This document shows positions 61,656 to 64,000 of a DNA stretch of 64,000 bases, one piece after another (the stretch's first letter is position 1; every line of letters begins with the position of its first letter). The stretch is from Yuukianura sp. NJ FZ-2021 (taxonomy: Eukaryota): NCBI GenBank assembly GCA_046563655.1, contig CM102287.1:6200001-6264000 (forward strand), in the 5' to 3' direction. Position numbers and translations under genes: made by a program. The notes beneath the pieces were generated by a model, which did no database searches, was not told the DNA's origin, and saw only the letters and a list, made by a program, of their open reading frames with translations.

Positions 61656-62147
61656 TGGGTTAGTGTAGTGTGAGATATGGAGCACGTGCATTAGTCCCCC
61701 TACTTCTGGACAAATTTAAAAAAATACTGAAAACTGGTTAGTTGAATGCAAATCCATCCAAGGTTGTCGAAAGTAGCTCCTTTTAATTATAATATGTGAC
61801 GACGCTACATCATGAAGCACGCTACTTTAGAGCGTGTGTCATGAGATGGTTACGGACGTTACATTAAAATGACAAACAAAATTGTAAAGCTATTATTGAT
61901 GTTTCTACCAGTTGTTCTTGTAGTAGTTTTTTAACTAAATTTTAAAATTCAAGGTCGCAACCTTCGTGTTTTGTTTCAGGTAGTATTCCTTTTTTTTCGA
62001 CTAAGTTGACTTTGTCGATTAAGAGTAAATTTGACATCAATGTATAACATTAGAGTGCTTTCTGTTTATACTGTATAATATTGCCAATAAGCAAGACTTA
62101 AGTCCTCCTTCGTTTTCTAAATCGTGATCCTATAACTCTAAAATTGA

Positions 62148-63680
62148 TTAAAATGTTGCTCCAACTGGATTATTCCTTGCAATGCTTTCGATGAAATCTG
62201 CTGCTGCACATTGGCTTTTGGTGGATTGAATTCTTTTGGAAATAGATCTCATTCTTCTCTCCAAGAGGTCATCCGCCAGTAGTTGCTCAATGCTGCGAAG
62301 GATTTCTTCCTCAGTAGCCTCGTATGGGTGCAAACGCAAACCCAGGCCAGTTTCGTGTATGCGTTGTGCATTATCTAAAGTTTTCCAAAAAAAAAAAAAT
62401 GTCAAAAAAAATCAAAAACAACGTTTTAAAATTCAGGCAAAAGAGAAGCGAACCTAGTTGATCCCAAAGATGCCCTAGAACTAGCATCCGCTTGCCATAG
62501 TAGAAGGATTCTGTCACAGTGTTGTTTCCCCCGTGGGTAATCACAAGGTCAACCAATGGCAGTACTCTCGTCTGGGGAACGTTATTTGCACCCCACATGT
62601 TGTCAGCAAGTTCAAGTTCATCTCCCAGAGGTCCTAAAATTATACAAACTTATTAAAATAAGTTTACAAAATTTCGTAGTATGACTTTTATGAAATGTAC
62701 CTTTCGAGACAATGAATCTGTTTGGAGACTTTGCAAGTATTTTGATGAGTCTCTTCATGAGGTCAATGTCTGCTGATCCAATTGTACCCATAGAGAAATA
62801 CACAAGTTTTGCCTGCCCTGTCTTTAGCTTTTCAGGCACTTCGAAATGCTCTTCAGTACTTCTGATAAAAGTATCGAAGCGATGCCAATTCGGTGGATTT
62901 GGGCGTAACGAAGTGTAATCAAGTTCAAATGGGTACATGTAGATGTTACCCCACTCGGATGGTTTGAAAAGGAAAGGATAGGAAAAATCGTCTGTTGGCC
63001 CGCCATTTTCGATCGTCCATTTTTTGACGTCTTGAATAAAATTACGATAAACTTTGTTGGCTTCATCCTCATAAATTTTCCAAAGACTGCGGTCACTATC
63101 TGTTCCATATCCAGACTGCGGCGGTGGGACATTTAACCCGGAGAGTCCAATGGGGTTGTGAGAAATGCAATGGATCCATGGAGTTCCTAACGCAAAAACG
63201 TTGCTGACAATCAAATATTTTCTGATTTGCTTTTCAGCTTTTATTGAATTTACCACTGTTCATTAAAGATGGCACATGTATAAGTTGATCAGTAATTACA
63301 ACGTCCGGTTTCACTTTGTCCATGATTTCTTTGTACCTTCGATGTTGGTTTTTGTTTTGTGTAAATACTTCCTCCCAAATTTCAAGATGCAACGCTTCAT
63401 GGCGCTCAATTGGCGGTAACCGAGCCGCCGCACCGGATTTAGCCAAAAGTTTTGCGAATTCGTCGCCGCCACTTTCGTTTTGCTTTCCTTCGTTTGATGC
63501 AGGCGCCTCCAACAATTCTTCACTGAAGCCAAGCGCTTCCAGTTTGCCTTTCCAGTTTATGGGTGTTGCAAATACGACTTTGTGTTGCCTATTACGTAAC
63601 TGTTCGGCTAACCCTATGCAGGCATTAACATGACCTACAGCGTCCATAGGAGCAAACAGGAACGTGTAACACTTCGGCAT
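62148..63680 (-). CDS. Bacterial-type GT1 UDP-glycosyltransferase, copy 5 (retains catalytic His)
   Basis: MPKCYTFLFAPMDAVGHVNACIG..., with the same four-exon structure and C-terminal HGGNNT/WDQ motifs. Confidence 0.92.
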
Positions 63681-64000
63681 GATTTCTAAAATTAATACCT
63701 AATTGCTGAAGCTTGTATACTTCACAGGAAAATTAGGTTTAAACTTTTCCGCAAACAATTTTAATAGTACTAAAGTTGTCGCCTGGATTACTTTTTACTA
63801 ATGTGGCCATGCGTGCTGTTTTTAAGCAGAACGATTTTTTCTCACCCAAAAAAAAACTGTTTGTTTAATAGTGTTATTAGATAAAACATATCAAAGCACG
63901 AAAGGATGAAAAATTGTAAACTTGTTATCGTAAGTGCAGGTTATCGAGCGTGTACTTTTCTAAAACTCAATATTGACTTGCGGAGTTTCTGTCAAAACCC

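Noticed and set aside
51690..63680. Bacterial contamination as the source of the UGTs
   Set aside because: All copies contain GT-AG introns and are interleaved with eukaryotic transposon remnants.

Overview
AT-rich, intron-containing eukaryotic DNA. The gene content and short introns suggest an arthropod, probably a springtail-like hexapod (inference only). Left part (1-31 kb): a non-autonomous Helentron carrying a nested foldback element, a C2H2 zinc-finger gene, a two-exon secreted 6-Cys peptide gene missed by the ORF track, an SLC22 transporter, a class-3 lipase with an intronless CDS, a CYP2-clan P450 plus a truncated paralogue, an SLC35G/EamA transporter, an internally deleted P-element-type THAP gene, a decayed Mutator-like element with a second TIR element nested in it, a compact DUF1917/Bles03-like gene and an LRR transmembrane gene. 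Middle (31-51 kb): non-coding, probably the 5' introns and regulatory region of the LRR gene. It holds an intact 526-bp TRIM with identical LTRs that each carry a tRNA-like module, a tRNA-Phe PBS, a PPT and a 4-bp TSD (Helenus-like). Right part (51.7-63.7 kb): five tandem bacterial-type cytosolic GT1 UDP-glycosyltransferases; four lack the catalytic His and one is frameshifted. All calls were made by eye, with no database searches.
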